Positions 11,585 through 20,911 of a stretch of 64,000 nt of DNA are shown in pieces. The notes beneath the pieces were generated by a model. The model made no database searches. It was given only the letters and a program-made list of their open reading frames with translations, and was not told the origin of the DNA. This stretch comes from Gemmatimonadales bacterium (GTDB lineage Bacteria > Gemmatimonadota > Gemmatimonadetes > Gemmatimonadales > GWC2-71-9). Both the position numbers and the translations under genes were made by a program. Numbering within the stretch: the first letter of the stretch is position 1; each line of letters starts with the position of its first letter. The stretch covers positions 43,110-107,109 of the forward strand of contig DASYCE010000012.1 in assembly GCA_036500345.1 (NCBI GenBank), written 5' to 3'.

Positions 11585-12004
11585 ATGCCGTATTCAGAAA
11601 TGATGGTCAAGCCGATGCGCGAAGAGGTCACCCGGCTGGGTGTCGAGGAGCTTCGTTCGGTCGCCGATGTCGACGCCGCCCTGGCAAGCGGGGATGGGAC
11701 CGCACTGGTCTTCGTGAACTCCGTCTGCGGCTGTGCGGCGGGGATGGCACGTCCGGCGCTCGCCCGGGCGCTGGAGCACGGTACCCGCCCGGCGCACCTG
11801 TACACCGTGTTTGCCGGCCAGGATCTCGACGCCACGGCGCGGGCCCGCTCGTATTTCGGCGAGTACCAGCCGTCGTCCCCGTCGCTGGCGCTGCTCAAGG
11901 ACGGCGAAGTCGTCGCGTTCGTGCACCGGCACCAGATCGAGGGGCGTCATCCCGACCAGATCGCGTCGATGCTGACGCAGGCGTTCGACGCCCACTGCGC
12001 GTGA
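11585..12004 (+). CDS. Bacilliredoxin (BrxA/BrxB, YphP/YqiW family thiol-disulfide oxidoreductase)
   Basis: VFVNSVCGCAAGMARPA (CGC active site), TVFAGQD, PSSPSLALLKDGEVVAFVHRHQIEGRH and AFDAHC align closely with B. subtilis YphP as I remember it. An AGGAG RBS precedes ATG 11585. Confidence 0.85.
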   Translation: MPYSEMMVKPMREEVTRLGVEELRSVADVDAALASGDGTALVFVNSVCGCAAGMARPALARALEHGTRPAHLYTVFAGQDLDATARARSYFGEYQPSSPSLALLKDGEVVAFVHRHQIEGRHPDQIASMLTQAFDAHCA

Positions 12005-12282
12005 GCGGGCACGTCTTTCACCCCGACCGCGACGAATGGCATGGCGTCACCGTCGTGGTCAGCGCGCACGACGGGAAGACCTATCTCGGTCGATGGCATG
12101 AACGGGGACCGCGCGGTGTGGTGATGCACGATGTCGCAATCCACGATCCGGCGACAGCGTCGGCGCCAATCGACGCATGGCTCGCGAAGCAGGACAAGTT
12201 CGGCGTTGCGGTGACGGAACGTTTCATGATCGTCCCCGACGCCGCGGTCGCTGCTGTGCGCGTGTTCAATTCGAAACTGTAG
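12001..12282 (+). CDS. Hypothetical small protein (93 aa), translationally coupled to the bacilliredoxin gene
   Basis: GTGA overlap with the brx stop. High GC3. The segment GVTVVVSAHDGKTYLGRWHE resembles an Sm/LSm-like beta strand pattern (weak). Confidence 0.6.
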   Translation: MSGHVFHPDRDEWHGVTVVVSAHDGKTYLGRWHERGPRGVVMHDVAIHDPATASAPIDAWLAKQDKFGVAVTERFMIVPDAAVAAVRVFNSKL

Positions 12283-12299
12283 CTTTCCTGTCGCGTACG

Positions 12300-12333
12300 C
12301 TGTCGCGCACTATTTCGAGTGCAGGCGCGACAG
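12300..12333 (+). terminator. Stem-loop after the suf-brx operon (no U-tract)
   Basis: CTGTCGCGC (12300-12308) pairs with GCGCGACAG (12325-12333), with an inner CACT/AGTG extension. A direct copy of CTGTCGCG lies at 12288-12295. Confidence 0.35.
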
Positions 12334-12388
12334 CAGAAGTCCGTGACCAGTTGCGCGAACAGTTCTCCTCCATGCAAGGAGTGCCTTG

Positions 12389-13342
12389 ATGGCCACCGCT
12401 GCGGTGCGCGTCGATCATGTGACCAAGCGATTCTCAGGTCACACCGCCGTCCGGAATCTCTCGTTCGACGTCCCGACGGGGGGAATCTTCGGCCTGCTCG
12501 GTCCGAATGGGGCTGGCAAATCGACGACGATCAGGATGATGATGGACATCATCGAACCGGATGAGGGGAAGATCACCGTGCTGGGATCGACCAGCTCGTC
12601 GCGTGACCTCTCGGCACACGTCGGCTACCTCCCTGAAGAGCGAGGCCTGTACAAGGACATGCGGGTCCAGGAGCACCTCGCCTTTCTCGCCGAGGTGAAG
12701 GGGGTCCGTCGATCGGACGCCATGAGATTGGCTGCCAAGTGGTTGAATCGTCTGGGGTTGGGTGATTGGTCGATGAAGAAGGTCGAGGATCTTTCCAAGG
12801 GGATGCAGCAGAAGGTGCAGTTCGCCGGGACGCTGATCCACGATCCTGACCTGGTCATCCTCGACGAACCGTTTTCGGGGCTCGATCCGGTCAACCTGCA
12901 GGTCATGAAGGACATCGTGGTCGAGTTCGCCCGCGGCGGAAAGACGGTGATTTTCTCGACCCACATCATGGAGCAGGCCGAGCGGATGTGTGAGCGGATC
13001 GTGATCATCGCCCGCGGCGAGAAGGTGGTCGATGGCGCGGTGAGCGAGGTCAAGGCGGGCTTCGGCTTCCGCAACGTTGCCCTGCGTTATTCGTCGGACG
13101 CCGCGAAGGCGGTTCCGGTGCTCGCCGACCGGAGTCTCGTCGCGCGGGCCGACGAGTATGGCAATGCGGCCGAGGTCGAGCTGGCGCCGGGCACCGATCC
13201 GCAGCGCCTCCTGCACGCACTGGTGCAAAGCGGTGTCGGACTGGGGCGATTTGAGGTCGTCGAACCGTCGCTCGAGGCGATCTTCATCGCCAAAGTCGGC
13301 GATGGTGCCGCCGTGGTCCCGGCCAGGGCGGAGGCCGCATGA
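12389..13342 (+). CDS. ABC transporter ATP-binding protein (ABC-2/NatA-like exporter)
   Basis: Walker A GPNGAGKST, signature LSKGMQQKV, Walker B LVILDEPFSGLD. An AAGGAG RBS precedes ATG 12389; TTG 12386 is also in frame. Confidence 0.9.
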   Translation: MATAAVRVDHVTKRFSGHTAVRNLSFDVPTGGIFGLLGPNGAGKSTTIRMMMDIIEPDEGKITVLGSTSSSRDLSAHVGYLPEERGLYKDMRVQEHLAFLAEVKGVRRSDAMRLAAKWLNRLGLGDWSMKKVEDLSKGMQQKVQFAGTLIHDPDLVILDEPFSGLDPVNLQVMKDIVVEFARGGKTVIFSTHIMEQAERMCERIVIIARGEKVVDGAVSEVKAGFGFRNVALRYSSDAAKAVPVLADRSLVARADEYGNAAEVELAPGTDPQRLLHALVQSGVGLGRFEVVEPSLEAIFIAKVGDGAAVVPARAEAA

Positions 13343-14655
13343 ACAAGCTTTTCGCCGTCATTCGCCGCGAATTCATCGCGCGGGTGCGAACCAAGGCGTT
13401 CATGATTTCCACGGTGATCCTCCCGGTCTTCATCGTCGCGATCACGATTGTGCCCGCGCTGATGATGCGGGGATCGAGTCGCACCATGCATATCGCGATC
13501 GCCGACGGAACGACCGACAGCGTCGGCAACGTCGTGGCGGCCGATCTCAAGGCGATCACGATCACGCCGGGTGACGAACCGATGCCGGCGTACACCGTCG
13601 ATCTTTATCACGGAGCTGGTCACATCGACGCCCTCCGGGATTCGCTGGTGTCGCGGACGGCGCGAGACCGCGCCATCGATCCTGCGACGTTCGACGGTGT
13701 GCTCGTCATCACCGACGCGACGACGGCGACGGGGAAGGCGGACTATCTCGGCGCCAATACCAGTTCGATCGATGCGATGAACCAGCTCGAGTCGACGCTG
13801 TCACACGTGCTGATGACGCGCCGCCTGGAGCGATCGGGGGTCGATCCGAAGCTCGTTGCCGGCGCAATGACCCGCGCAGATCTCTCGACAACGAAGGTGT
13901 CGGACGGGAAAGCCACCGGCCAGAGCGGTGCGGAATCGTTCGCGATCGCGTACTTCATGGGGTTCCTCCTGTACTTCGTTGTCACGATCTATGGCCAGCA
14001 GACGTTGACGTCGGTGATCGAAGAGAAGAGTTCGCGGATCATGGAGGTGCTGGCGTCTTCGCTGCGACCGTTCCAGATGCTCCTCGGCAAGGTGATTGGC
14101 GTGGGGTCGGTGGGGCTGTTCCAGATGACGATCTGGGCGGCGACCTTTTTTTTCGTGTCACGCGATCGCGCTCAGCTCGCCGGTCTCTTCCACGTGAGCC
14201 CTGCGGCAATGCAGCAGTTGCCGATACCGACGATGCCGGTCGGATTGCTGGTGGTATTTCTGGTGTATTTCGTTCTCGGGTTCCTGCTGTACGGGGCGCT
14301 GTACGCTGCGATCGGCTCGATGTGCAATACGGTCAAGGATGCGCAGCAGTACATGATGCTGGTGACGATGGTGCTGGTCTTCGGATTTTTCGGCGTGTTC
14401 GCGCTGATGCGCGACCCGACCGGCAGCTTCGGGGTGACGCTATCGATCGTGCCGTTTGTTTCACAGTTCGCGATGCCGGTGCGGTGGTCGCTGGCGGCGG
14501 TGCCGGCGGTGCAACTCGTGATGTCGCTGATTTTCAGCGTGATTGCGCTGCTGGGTGTGACGTGGCTCGCAGGGCGGATCTACCGGACAGGGATCCTGAT
14601 GTACGGCAAGAAGCCGACGCTGGTCGAAGTCGCGCGGTGGATCAGAGCGAAGTAG
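13339..14655 (+). CDS. ABC-2 family transporter permease (NatB-like)
   Basis: N-terminal TM helix, a large extracytoplasmic loop, then five or more C-terminal TM helices. ATGA overlap with the ATPase gene. Confidence 0.85.
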   Translation: MNKLFAVIRREFIARVRTKAFMISTVILPVFIVAITIVPALMMRGSSRTMHIAIADGTTDSVGNVVAADLKAITITPGDEPMPAYTVDLYHGAGHIDALRDSLVSRTARDRAIDPATFDGVLVITDATTATGKADYLGANTSSIDAMNQLESTLSHVLMTRRLERSGVDPKLVAGAMTRADLSTTKVSDGKATGQSGAESFAIAYFMGFLLYFVVTIYGQQTLTSVIEEKSSRIMEVLASSLRPFQMLLGKVIGVGSVGLFQMTIWAATFFFVSRDRAQLAGLFHVSPAAMQQLPIPTMPVGLLVVFLVYFVLGFLLYGALYAAIGSMCNTVKDAQQYMMLVTMVLVFGFFGVFALMRDPTGSFGVTLSIVPFVSQFAMPVRWSLAAVPAVQLVMSLIFSVIALLGVTWLAGRIYRTGILMYGKKPTLVEVARWIRAK

Positions 14656-14797
14656 TCGCGGAGCGCAGGTGATCGGTGCGGGGGCTCCGGGGGACGGGGC
14701 CCTCGTTCGTTTGCGATCACCCGAAGGCGGTGGGCGGTTGCTGGAACGCACGGAGTGACAACCGAACGCGAGCTCGAGGCCAACTTTTCACTGGCAT

Positions 14798-14885
14798 AAA
14801 CTGCTGTAATGTATTACTGCGTACGTGGTTACTGCTTAAGATAGCGAGGTGTTGCCGGCCAGTTGCACGTGAAACAGCGCAGTAA
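14798..14885. repeat. Four copies of a (T/A)(T/A)ACTGC heptamer in the AT-richer parA upstream region
   Basis: AAACTGC 14798-14804, TTACTGC 14814-14820 and TTACTGC 14829-14835 are direct copies spaced 16 and 15 nt apart. An inverted copy GCAGTAA sits at 14879-14885, directly after the parS-like site. Confidence 0.4.
14861..14876. promoter_or_regulatory. parS-like centromere site
   Basis: AGTTGCACGTGAAACA matches 14 of 16 positions of the parS consensus TGTTTCACGTGAAACA. It lies 78 nt upstream of parA. Confidence 0.65.
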
Positions 14886-14953
14886 GTCGGAGATTGCGCC
14901 AGTTCTTGGCGATCGATATGTTTTTCCGCTCGCGTCACCCGGATTCAGTGCCG

Positions 14954-15754
14954 ATGCCTCGTACCATAGCCATTGCTAATCAGAAGGGCGGGGTGGGGAA
15001 GACCACCACCTCGGTCAATCTTGCGGCCTCGCTGGCGATCGCCGAGCGGAGGACGTTGCTGATCGATGCCGACCCGCAGGGGAACGCGACGTCGGGTGTC
15101 GGTATCGACAAACCGGCGCTGGCCAAGTCGCTCTACGACGTCCTGATCAACAAGGTCCCCGCGCTGGAAGTGGTGCGGCCAGATATCAATCTGCCATTCC
15201 TCAATGTCCTGCCGGCAACGCAAGACCTGGTTGGAGCGGAGTTGGAGCTGATCGGGCTCCCCGGCCGCGAGCTCATTCTCCGGAACGCGCTCGAACCGCT
15301 GCGGTCTGAATTCGACTACATCCTCATCGATTGTCCCCCGTCCCTGGGTCTGGTCACGCTCAACGTCCTGACCGCTGCCGATGCCGTGATCATCCCGATC
15401 CAGTGCGAGTATTACGCGCTCGAAGGGATTTCGCAGCTCCTGAACACGATTCGCCTTGTCCAGCAGAATTTCAACCAGGAGATCCAGATCGACGGGGTCC
15501 TCCTGACCATGTTCGACAACCGGCTCAATCTTTCGCGGCAAGTCGTTGGCGAAGCGAGAGAATACTTCGGCGCCAAGGTGTTCCGCACCGTGATCCCCCG
15601 AAACGTCAGGCTTGCCGAGGCGCCGTCGTTCGGCAAACCGATCCTGCTATACGACGTACAATCGGTTGGCGCCAAGAGCTATATGTCGGTCGCGCAGGAA
15701 TTGATGAAACGAACTGACGCGCTCTCGAATGGACGCACACCGGAGGGGGGATGA
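14954..15754 (+). CDS. parA: Chromosome partitioning ATPase ParA/Soj
   Basis: IAIANQKGGVGKTTT deviant Walker A, LLIDADPQGN, YILIDCPPSLG. Confidence 0.9.
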   Translation: MPRTIAIANQKGGVGKTTTSVNLAASLAIAERRTLLIDADPQGNATSGVGIDKPALAKSLYDVLINKVPALEVVRPDINLPFLNVLPATQDLVGAELELIGLPGRELILRNALEPLRSEFDYILIDCPPSLGLVTLNVLTAADAVIIPIQCEYYALEGISQLLNTIRLVQQNFNQEIQIDGVLLTMFDNRLNLSRQVVGEAREYFGAKVFRTVIPRNVRLAEAPSFGKPILLYDVQSVGAKSYMSVAQELMKRTDALSNGRTPEGG

Positions 15755-16638
15755 ACGAGTCGAAGCGCCTGGGCAGGGGGCTCGAAGCACTTCTTGGCCC
15801 GATGTCCCGCGAACAGGCAGAGGCATCTGGAGCCCTGCGTGATGTGGCTGTGGGCTCGATCTCTCCGAACCCCTACCAGCCCCGCCGGTCCTTTGACGAG
15901 GAAGGGCTCGCCGAACTCGCGGCATCGATCGATACCTCGGGTCTGCTCCAGCCGATCATCGTGCGCTCGGTAGGCTCCCGGTTCGAGCTGATCGCCGGCG
16001 AACGCCGCTGGCGGGCAGTTCAGCGGCTCGGATGGGCCAAAGTGCCCGCAATCGTCCGGGATTTTGACGATCGAACCGCCCTGTCGCTCGCCCTCATCGA
16101 AAATCTCCAGCGCGACGATCTCAGCGCACTCGATGCCGCTCATGGTTATCAGCGCCTCGTCAGCGATTTCCAGCTCGCCCCAGCCGAGGTGGCGAAACTG
16201 GTCGGCAAAGACAGATCAACTGTCGCTAACACATTGCGTTTATTGAAGTTACCGCTAGATGTTCAGGGCCTTCTCGAGTCTCGCAAGCTGACGGAGGGTC
16301 ACGCCCGCGCGCTCCTTGCCATCACCGACATGGCGAAGGTCTCCAAGCTCGCGCACCAGGTGGTCGAACGCGGTTGGTCGGTCCGCGAGGTCGAAGCGCT
16401 GGTCCGCGGAGAATCTCCCGACCTTCGCCGGACCCGCATGATGAAGAAGCCCGCCGCGCACAAGCCTGCCACTGGCGACGCCCGCCGGGTCGAAGATGCG
16501 CTCCGACAGCATCTCGGAACCGACGTGCGATTGACGGCGAAGCGCCGAGGGCGTGGATTGGTCAGCATCTCCTACTACTCGAATGACGATCTGGCGCGGC
16601 TGCTCGAAGTCATTCTCGGGCACCCCTTTCAAGGGTGA
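15751..16638 (+). CDS. parB: Chromosome partitioning protein ParB/Spo0J
   Basis: RLGRGLEALLG, NPYQPRR, GLLQPIIVR, ELIAGERRWRA, and the HTH LVGKDRSTVANTLRLLKL. Confidence 0.92.
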   Translation: MNESKRLGRGLEALLGPMSREQAEASGALRDVAVGSISPNPYQPRRSFDEEGLAELAASIDTSGLLQPIIVRSVGSRFELIAGERRWRAVQRLGWAKVPAIVRDFDDRTALSLALIENLQRDDLSALDAAHGYQRLVSDFQLAPAEVAKLVGKDRSTVANTLRLLKLPLDVQGLLESRKLTEGHARALLAITDMAKVSKLAHQVVERGWSVREVEALVRGESPDLRRTRMMKKPAAHKPATGDARRVEDALRQHLGTDVRLTAKRRGRGLVSISYYSNDDLARLLEVILGHPFQG

Positions 16639-16644
16639 GATGAC

Positions 16645-17619
16645 GTGAAGCCTCGATTCTGGTTAATGGCAGTTGCTGCCGTTGCCGCGTGCGCCAGGCA
16701 CGACGCATCATCGCACGCGCTCCGCGTGGCGCTCATCACCCCCGGCTCAATCGCGGATGCCGCGTGGAATGCCGGCGCATATCAGGGGCTCCTGCAGATA
16801 CGCGACTCCCTCGGCGCGGCGATTTCGAATATTGAAGCGACCACACCGTCCCAGCAGGAGGAAGCGCTGCGCAGTTACGCGGCGCAGGGCTACACCATCG
16901 TCTTCGGACACGGATACGAGTTCCAGGCGCCGGCGGAGCGCGTCGCGCACGATTATCCCAATACGATCTTCGTGATCACCAGCGGCGAACGCGTCAGCGG
17001 TCGCGTCGTGCCGCTGATCTTCCGCATCCACGAGGCGACGTATCTCGCCGGGATGGTGGCCGGTGCGATGACAAAGACGGGAAGGATCGGCTTCATCGGT
17101 GGGATGGAGCTTCCGCCGATCAAGCTCGGCTACGACGGATGGCTACAGGGCGCGCGCGCCGTGAGGCCGGACGTCGAATCGCGGATCACCTATCTCAACA
17201 CCTTCGACGATGCGGGCGCCGGCAAGGAAGCGGCGTTGGCGATGATCCATCTTGGCGTCGATCAGATCCATCACAACGCCGACGCCGCCGCACTCGGAGT
17301 ATTCGCCGCGGCGAAGGATTCACCCGGCGTATTTGTGTATGGTGCGAACGGCGATCAGACGTCGCTCGCTCCCGAACGCGTCATCGCGTCGGCGGTCGTC
17401 GACCTTCCCCGGGCGCTGATGCTGGTTGGACGGGAGGTGCGGTCGGGTCACTTCACGCCGCACGCAGAGAGTTTCGGACTCAAGAGCGGCGTGATTCGAC
17501 TCGCGGTCAATCCGGCACTGGCCGGGTCGTGGCCCGCCGGTCTCAAGGATCGCGTCGCTGCCGCGAGTGATTCAATCATGGCCGGGACACTGCACGTCGC
17601 CGGTCAGACAGTACCATGA
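16645..17619 (+). CDS. BMP-family (Med/PnrA-like) ABC transporter substrate-binding lipoprotein
   Basis: Lipobox AAVAAC. VALITPGSIADAAWNAGAYQG and FGHGYEF blocks are typical of basic membrane protein family binders. Confidence 0.8.
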   Translation: MKPRFWLMAVAAVAACARHDASSHALRVALITPGSIADAAWNAGAYQGLLQIRDSLGAAISNIEATTPSQQEEALRSYAAQGYTIVFGHGYEFQAPAERVAHDYPNTIFVITSGERVSGRVVPLIFRIHEATYLAGMVAGAMTKTGRIGFIGGMELPPIKLGYDGWLQGARAVRPDVESRITYLNTFDDAGAGKEAALAMIHLGVDQIHHNADAAALGVFAAAKDSPGVFVYGANGDQTSLAPERVIASAVVDLPRALMLVGREVRSGHFTPHAESFGLKSGVIRLAVNPALAGSWPAGLKDRVAAASDSIMAGTLHVAGQTVP

Positions 17620-18383
17620 CGGCAGCCACGCTCGGTGATGTAGCGGCCTATCTCGATGAGTACCTCGCGATCGATCGAATTCCGGATCATGAGACGGCGC
17701 TGAACGGTCTGCAGCTCGAAAACAGCGGCGTCGTGACCGGCTTTGTCGCCGCAGTTGACGCATCACAACAGACGATCAACCGCGTGGTCGCGGAGTGCGC
17801 TCCCGGCACGATGCTGGTGGTGCATCACGGACTCTTCTGGGACGGCAATCAACCGGTGCGGGGCCGCCGGTATCGCAAGCTTCGGACGCTGATCGATCAC
17901 GATGTCGCTGTATACGCCGCGCACATTCCGCTCGACGTGCATTCCGTGGTCGGCAACAACGCCGTGCTCGCTCGCGAGCTGGGAATCACGGATCCGACGC
18001 CATTCGACGTGTACCGTGGCGTACCATTCGGCGCTGCGGGTACGCTTGTCATGACACGTGACGCACTGGTCGAGCGCCTCGAACAGCTGCTGCACACGCC
18101 GGTCCAGCTCGTCCCGGGAGGACCGGAGACAACCTCGCACGTAGGCGTGATAACCGGCGCCGCCGGTGATCGCGTGCCGGCGGCGCACCATGCCGGGCTT
18201 GACACATACATCACCGGCGAAGGCGCCCATCACACCGTGTTTGACGCACTCGAGCTCGGCGTCAATCTGATCTACGCCGGGCACTATGCCACCGAGACCG
18301 TGGGCGTCCAGGCGCTCGCCCGGCAACTGGCGGAGCGCTACCGGTTGCCGTGGGTGTTTCACGACCATCCGACCGGGCGATGA
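17616..18383 (+). CDS. NIF3-family dinuclear-metal protein (YbgI / GTP cyclohydrolase I type 2 homolog)
   Basis: NGLQ, VVHHGLFW, YAAHIPLD, ITGEG, AGHYATE conserved NIF3 blocks. Confidence 0.85.
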   Translation: MTAATLGDVAAYLDEYLAIDRIPDHETALNGLQLENSGVVTGFVAAVDASQQTINRVVAECAPGTMLVVHHGLFWDGNQPVRGRRYRKLRTLIDHDVAVYAAHIPLDVHSVVGNNAVLARELGITDPTPFDVYRGVPFGAAGTLVMTRDALVERLEQLLHTPVQLVPGGPETTSHVGVITGAAGDRVPAAHHAGLDTYITGEGAHHTVFDALELGVNLIYAGHYATETVGVQALARQLAERYRLPWVFHDHPTGR

Positions 18384-18416
18384 CCGGGTGACTCCGCGCC
18401 CGCCGGGTCGCGGCCG

Positions 18417-19880
18417 ATGAACCTCGCCCTTCGCCACATCTCCAAACGGTTCGGCGGCACGACGGCACTCGACGATGTCTCGCTGGCGGTGCGCGGCGGC
18501 GAGATTCACGCGCTCCTCGGCGAGAATGGTGCGGGGAAGACCACGTTGGTGCGGATCGCCTACGGCGCGCTGCGGGCCGATAGCGGCACGCTGGCGATTG
18601 ACGATGGGAATGGTCCCTCCTTCACAACGGCAGGATTTCCTTCACCACGTGATGCGCGCGCTGCCGGGGTCGGGATGGTGCATCAGCACTTTACCTCGAT
18701 CGATGCTCTGAGCGTCGCCGAGAACATTGCACTCACCGGCGGATGGCACGAGACGCAGCGAGCGGCGGAGCGGCGCGCCGCGGCGTTGATCGCGACGATC
18801 GGATTGCCGCTTCCCGAGCGGGTCCGAGCCGATACGCTCTCGGTGCAAATGCGGCAGCGTCTGGAGATCGTCAAGGCGCTCGCGGGCGATGCACGTGTCC
18901 TGCTGCTCGATGAACCGACCGCGGTCCTCGCCCCGCGCGAGGTCGGGGAGTTTCTCCGATTCCTTCGCCAGCTGGCGGCTCGCGGTACGGCGATCGTGCT
19001 GATCACGCACAAGCTTGATGAGGTCTTCGAAGTGGCCGACCGCGTCTCGGTCCTTCGGCGCGGCACGATGGTCTTGAGCGGTGAGATCGGCAGCCAGACG
19101 CCGCGATCACTCGCGACCGCCATGATCGGCGGCGACCTGCCGCCCCCGGCAGCGACGGCGGCGATCGAGGGGCCGATCGCAGTGCAAGCGGCAGCCCTAC
19201 GCCTGCGACGCCCCCGTTCGGCAACGGTGTGGGGGAGCGATGCCGTCTCGTTCCAGATCCGTGAAGGCGAAGTCGTCGGTGTCGCCGCCATCGAGGGGAA
19301 CGGACAGCGCGAGCTGTTGCGAGCAATTGCCGGCGTCGATCGATCGACGATCGTCACAGGAAAGCTCGAGGTGCGCGGTCCGATCGCGTTCATCCCGGAG
19401 GATCGCAACATCGAGGGGCTGATCCCCGATTTTACGCTGGCCGAGAACTACCTCCTTGGTACGCTGGACATGTCACCCGAATGGATCCACTGGAGTGCAG
19501 TCCGCGCCGGTGCCAATGCCGTCGTGACGGCGTTCGACGTTCGCGGCGGCGGCGCGGACGTGCAGGCGGCGGCGCTCTCCGGTGGCAACCAGCAGCGCTT
19601 CATGATGGGTCGAGCGCTGGCGCGTCGGCCGCGCGTGCTGGTGGCCGAAGATCCCACCCGCGGGCTCGATCTCGGCGCGGCGCACGCAATTCACGCCCGA
19701 CTCCGCGACGCTGCCGTGCACGGCGCCGCGGTCATCGTGCATTCCTCCGACGTCGATGAGGTGCTGCTCCTGGCGCACCGCATCCTGGTCGTGGCGCGCG
19801 GCGAGGTGTGCGAATTCCCGTCGGGGACTTCTCGGGCTGTGATCGGCGACGCGATGCTCGCACTGGATCGCGTGGCGTGA
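18417..19880 (+). CDS. ABC transporter ATP-binding protein with duplicated ATPase domains (sugar/nucleoside type)
   Basis: First domain has GENGAGKTT, LSVQMRQRLEI, LLLDEPTAVL. The second domain has a degenerate Walker A (AIEGNGQRE), LSGGNQQR and LVAEDPTRGLD. Confidence 0.9.
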   Translation: MNLALRHISKRFGGTTALDDVSLAVRGGEIHALLGENGAGKTTLVRIAYGALRADSGTLAIDDGNGPSFTTAGFPSPRDARAAGVGMVHQHFTSIDALSVAENIALTGGWHETQRAAERRAAALIATIGLPLPERVRADTLSVQMRQRLEIVKALAGDARVLLLDEPTAVLAPREVGEFLRFLRQLAARGTAIVLITHKLDEVFEVADRVSVLRRGTMVLSGEIGSQTPRSLATAMIGGDLPPPAATAAIEGPIAVQAAALRLRRPRSATVWGSDAVSFQIREGEVVGVAAIEGNGQRELLRAIAGVDRSTIVTGKLEVRGPIAFIPEDRNIEGLIPDFTLAENYLLGTLDMSPEWIHWSAVRAGANAVVTAFDVRGGGADVQAAALSGGNQQRFMMGRALARRPRVLVAEDPTRGLDLGAAHAIHARLRDAAVHGAAVIVHSSDVDEVLLLAHRILVVARGEVCEFPSGTSRAVIGDAMLALDRVA

Positions 19881-20911
19881 CGGCAACTCGTGCGATCGAC
19901 ACGATCGGTCGCGATGTGGGCCACGCGCTGGGGGCGTTCGCCCTGGGAGTGGTACTCCTCGCCGGATTTCTCTGGGCGGCGGGATTCGACATCAGCGGCG
20001 CGCTCACGGCGCTCTGGCAGGGTGCGTTCGGGTCATGGTATGCGCTGACATCGACGACGCTGGTGCATGCGACGCCTCTGCTGCTTCTCGGTCTCGCCTT
20101 CACGGTCGGCGCTCGCGCCGGCGCGCTGAACATCGGGATGGAGGGCCAGTTCGCCGCGGGAGCGGTTGCCGCGGTCGCCGTGGGTGTTCATGCCGGCACG
20201 CTGCCGGCGATCGTCGCGATTCCACTGGTACTGGGAGCGGGGCTCATTGCCGGTGCAGCGTGGATCGCCGTTCCAGTGATTCTTCGCGCCAGGTTCGAGA
20301 TCACCGAAGTGATCTCGACGCTGTTGCTCAACTTCGTCGCCACGGCTGCGGTCAGTTACGCGGTCACCGGGCCACTGCAGGAACCATCTCGCATCTATCC
20401 GCAAAGTGCACCCATTGCACGCGCGGCGCGCCTTCCACACTTCGGCGCCGGGAGCCGACTCCACGCCGGCTTCCCGATCGCGCTGCTCATCGCCGCGCTG
20501 CTGATGATCGTATTCCACCGCACGCGCTGGGGGTTCCGGTTGCGCGCAGTCGGATCGGGCGCGCGGGCCGCCGAGATCGCCGGAGGGATTGCAACTACAC
20601 GAGTGGTGGCCATGGCGCTCCTCTGGTCCGGAGCGATCGCCGGCCTCGGCGGTGCCGTCGAGGTGAGTGGTGTGTCGTATGCCCTCTTTCAGAATCTTTC
20701 GCCGGGCTACGGTTTCACCGCGATTGCCGTTGCCCTCCTCGGCCGGATGCGTCCGGCGCTGGTCGTGGTCGCCGCGATCATGTTCGGTGCACTGGAGGCA
20801 GGATCGGGAGCAATGCAGCGGGACGCCGCGATTCCCGCGGTCGGCATCCAGGTCGTGGAAGGTGTGGTCATCGTCGCCGCATTGATCGTGGCCTGGCGGC
20901 GGCCGCGATGA
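19877..20911 (+). CDS. ABC transporter permease (BMP-system, YufP-like)
   Basis: Polytopic membrane protein. The GALNIGMEGQF block is typical of this permease family. The GTG 19877 start overlaps the ATPase stop. Confidence 0.85.
   Translation: MTATRAIDTIGRDVGHALGAFALGVVLLAGFLWAAGFDISGALTALWQGAFGSWYALTSTTLVHATPLLLLGLAFTVGARAGALNIGMEGQFAAGAVAAVAVGVHAGTLPAIVAIPLVLGAGLIAGAAWIAVPVILRARFEITEVISTLLLNFVATAAVSYAVTGPLQEPSRIYPQSAPIARAARLPHFGAGSRLHAGFPIALLIAALLMIVFHRTRWGFRLRAVGSGARAAEIAGGIATTRVVAMALLWSGAIAGLGGAVEVSGVSYALFQNLSPGYGFTAIAVALLGRMRPALVVVAAIMFGALEAGSGAMQRDAAIPAVGIQVVEGVVIVAALIVAWRRPR

Noticed and set aside
14656-14953. Replication origin next to parAB
   Set aside because: No DnaA-box-like 9-mers (TTATCCACA or its complement) are present. 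There is no extended AT-rich unwinding element and no dnaA or dnaN nearby.
20035-20907. Long N-terminal extensions of track ORFs. Examples are 20035..21819, 30454..32718, 33017..34567, 43398..44888, 56693..57565, 57513..58481, 35922..37340, 37880..40054, 24730..25872, 51824..52897 and 52552..53769.
   Set aside because: The extensions overlap upstream genes in other frames and are Arg/Pro-rich nonsense. The family-typical N-termini, RBSs or NTGA overlaps occur at internal starts, and I used those instead.
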